The notes beneath the pieces were generated by a model. That model did no database searches and was not told where the DNA came from. It was given only the letters and a program-made list of their open reading frames with translations. 64,000 nucleotides of DNA from Torpedo marmorata (lineage: Eukaryota): NCBI GenBank assembly GCA_977017645.1, contig OZ360225.1, positions 56,420,001 through 56,484,000 of the forward strand, written 5' to 3'. A program made the position numbers and the translations under genes. This document shows, one piece after another, positions 62,714 to 64,000 of the stretch (positions are counted from its first letter, which is position 1; each line of letters begins with the position of its first letter).

Positions 62714-64000
62714 GTAAGTGGATTTAAATACACGGATGTCTCATGAGGAAATAAAGGACTGCTTAATTTGTAAAAGTTTTATGTACTTGTAATACATATT
62801 TTTGCAATTATTCAGGCTTGCATTTCAGACAAGGTGTATTCACAGGCCATTCCTGAAATAATACTATTACTATTTTCATCTGTGTCTCAGGATATCTCCA
62901 GGTATATGAGTTTGGCCCTTCTGTTTGTTCTACTACTTTGTGATAGCATGGTTTATCTTTTGCCGAACTTCATTCATCCTGTATCTGTAATTAATCCCTC
63001 CCCCTCCCCACCTCCCACCCCATTCACTGACTTGTAGTACTGAGAGAACGTGGTGGTAAAAAGCAATTTTCAAAGTACTACAAGTAATATTATTATTGGT
63101 TTCCTTCTTTTTCCTTTAACTATGATTTTTTTTTAACTTGGCATGTTCTCCTAAGTCAGGATTTGTTTCTATAAATCCATAAAATTTTCTCAGTAAGTTT
63201 TCAAGTCTGTTTATTGTATGAGACTTGTACTTTGACAACCTCTGATTTACAGCCTTTTACTGTAAGCCAAGTGGCTTAAGCAATATAAACACATTAAAGA
63301 AAACTAACAAAATAAATACATTATAGTATAAAAATGATCATATATATGCTCGAAACAAGAGTGGAGCATTTCCATCTTGTTTGCCAGGCCAAAATGTTGT
63401 ATGTGAAATTTACGACTGTTTGTATTTGTCTCCATATGTTTAGCTCCATTAACTCCGTGGAATTAAATACATTGAAGTGAAGCCAACTGACCACTGCTTA
63501 TGCACACATCTAGTGACAGCAACCAATGAGGAAATCTTCTCTGCTTTATTGGACAGATTGTTATGACCAAGCTTGCCTGAATTTGGTGTGTCCTCCTGTT
63601 CCTTACTGCCACTTTGCCCCCACCAATCACCCCCTAACAAACCTGTCCAGGACATGGGAGGTTGGCTGAGATGGCCCTCTGTGCCACTGAATTATCTAGT
63701 GGTTCACTGTAAGTAACTGAGCCTCAGGTGGCATATCTTGAGGCCCTGTCAGCAGTGGTCCTCTTGAGTGCAGAAGCAATTAAAATAATGAAAATTATTT
63801 TTTAAACTCAAAAAAATTGGAAACACCTTAAGAACTGGAAATTAATTATGAATAATCAGACAGAATAGAATTAATGAGGTCCTACCTTTTCATTCAGCAC
63901 ATACAGATGAATGGGGTTGATGTTTTACTCCATCAATCCTGGCGTAAGCTCCTCAATCCAGTGCATCCATACTCCACCCATGGACTCTCTGCTGTGTCCA

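Overview
Eukaryotic vertebrate genomic DNA, most likely a cartilaginous fish (shark or ray), judged from V-SINE/HE1-like and Deu-domain SINEs, CR1 LINEs and Penelope-type repeats. The window is the internal part of one + strand gene for a type XXI-like FACIT collagen. I read 12 coding exons with GT-AG sites and consistent phases: four for the TSPN/LamG domain and its C-terminal flank, a 12-nt microexon, an 84-nt junction exon and six 54-nt Gly-X-Y exons. The VWA exon and the 3' exons lie outside the window. The introns are full of mobile DNA: a complete Ty3/Gypsy element (5-bp TSD), a near full-length CR1 with an esterase ORF1, a 5'-inverted L1 nested in a hAT MITE, further L1, CR1 and Rex1 fragments, Penelope remnants with hammerhead-like motifs, MITEs and SINEs. 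The most unusual signal is in the Gypsy element. It has no tRNA primer site, but a 14-nt perfect complement of its own LTR poly(A)-signal region sits at that position, and it carries a 60-bp periodic array of YY1 consensus motifs inside gag-pol. All family assignments are from memory of motifs; no database search was run.
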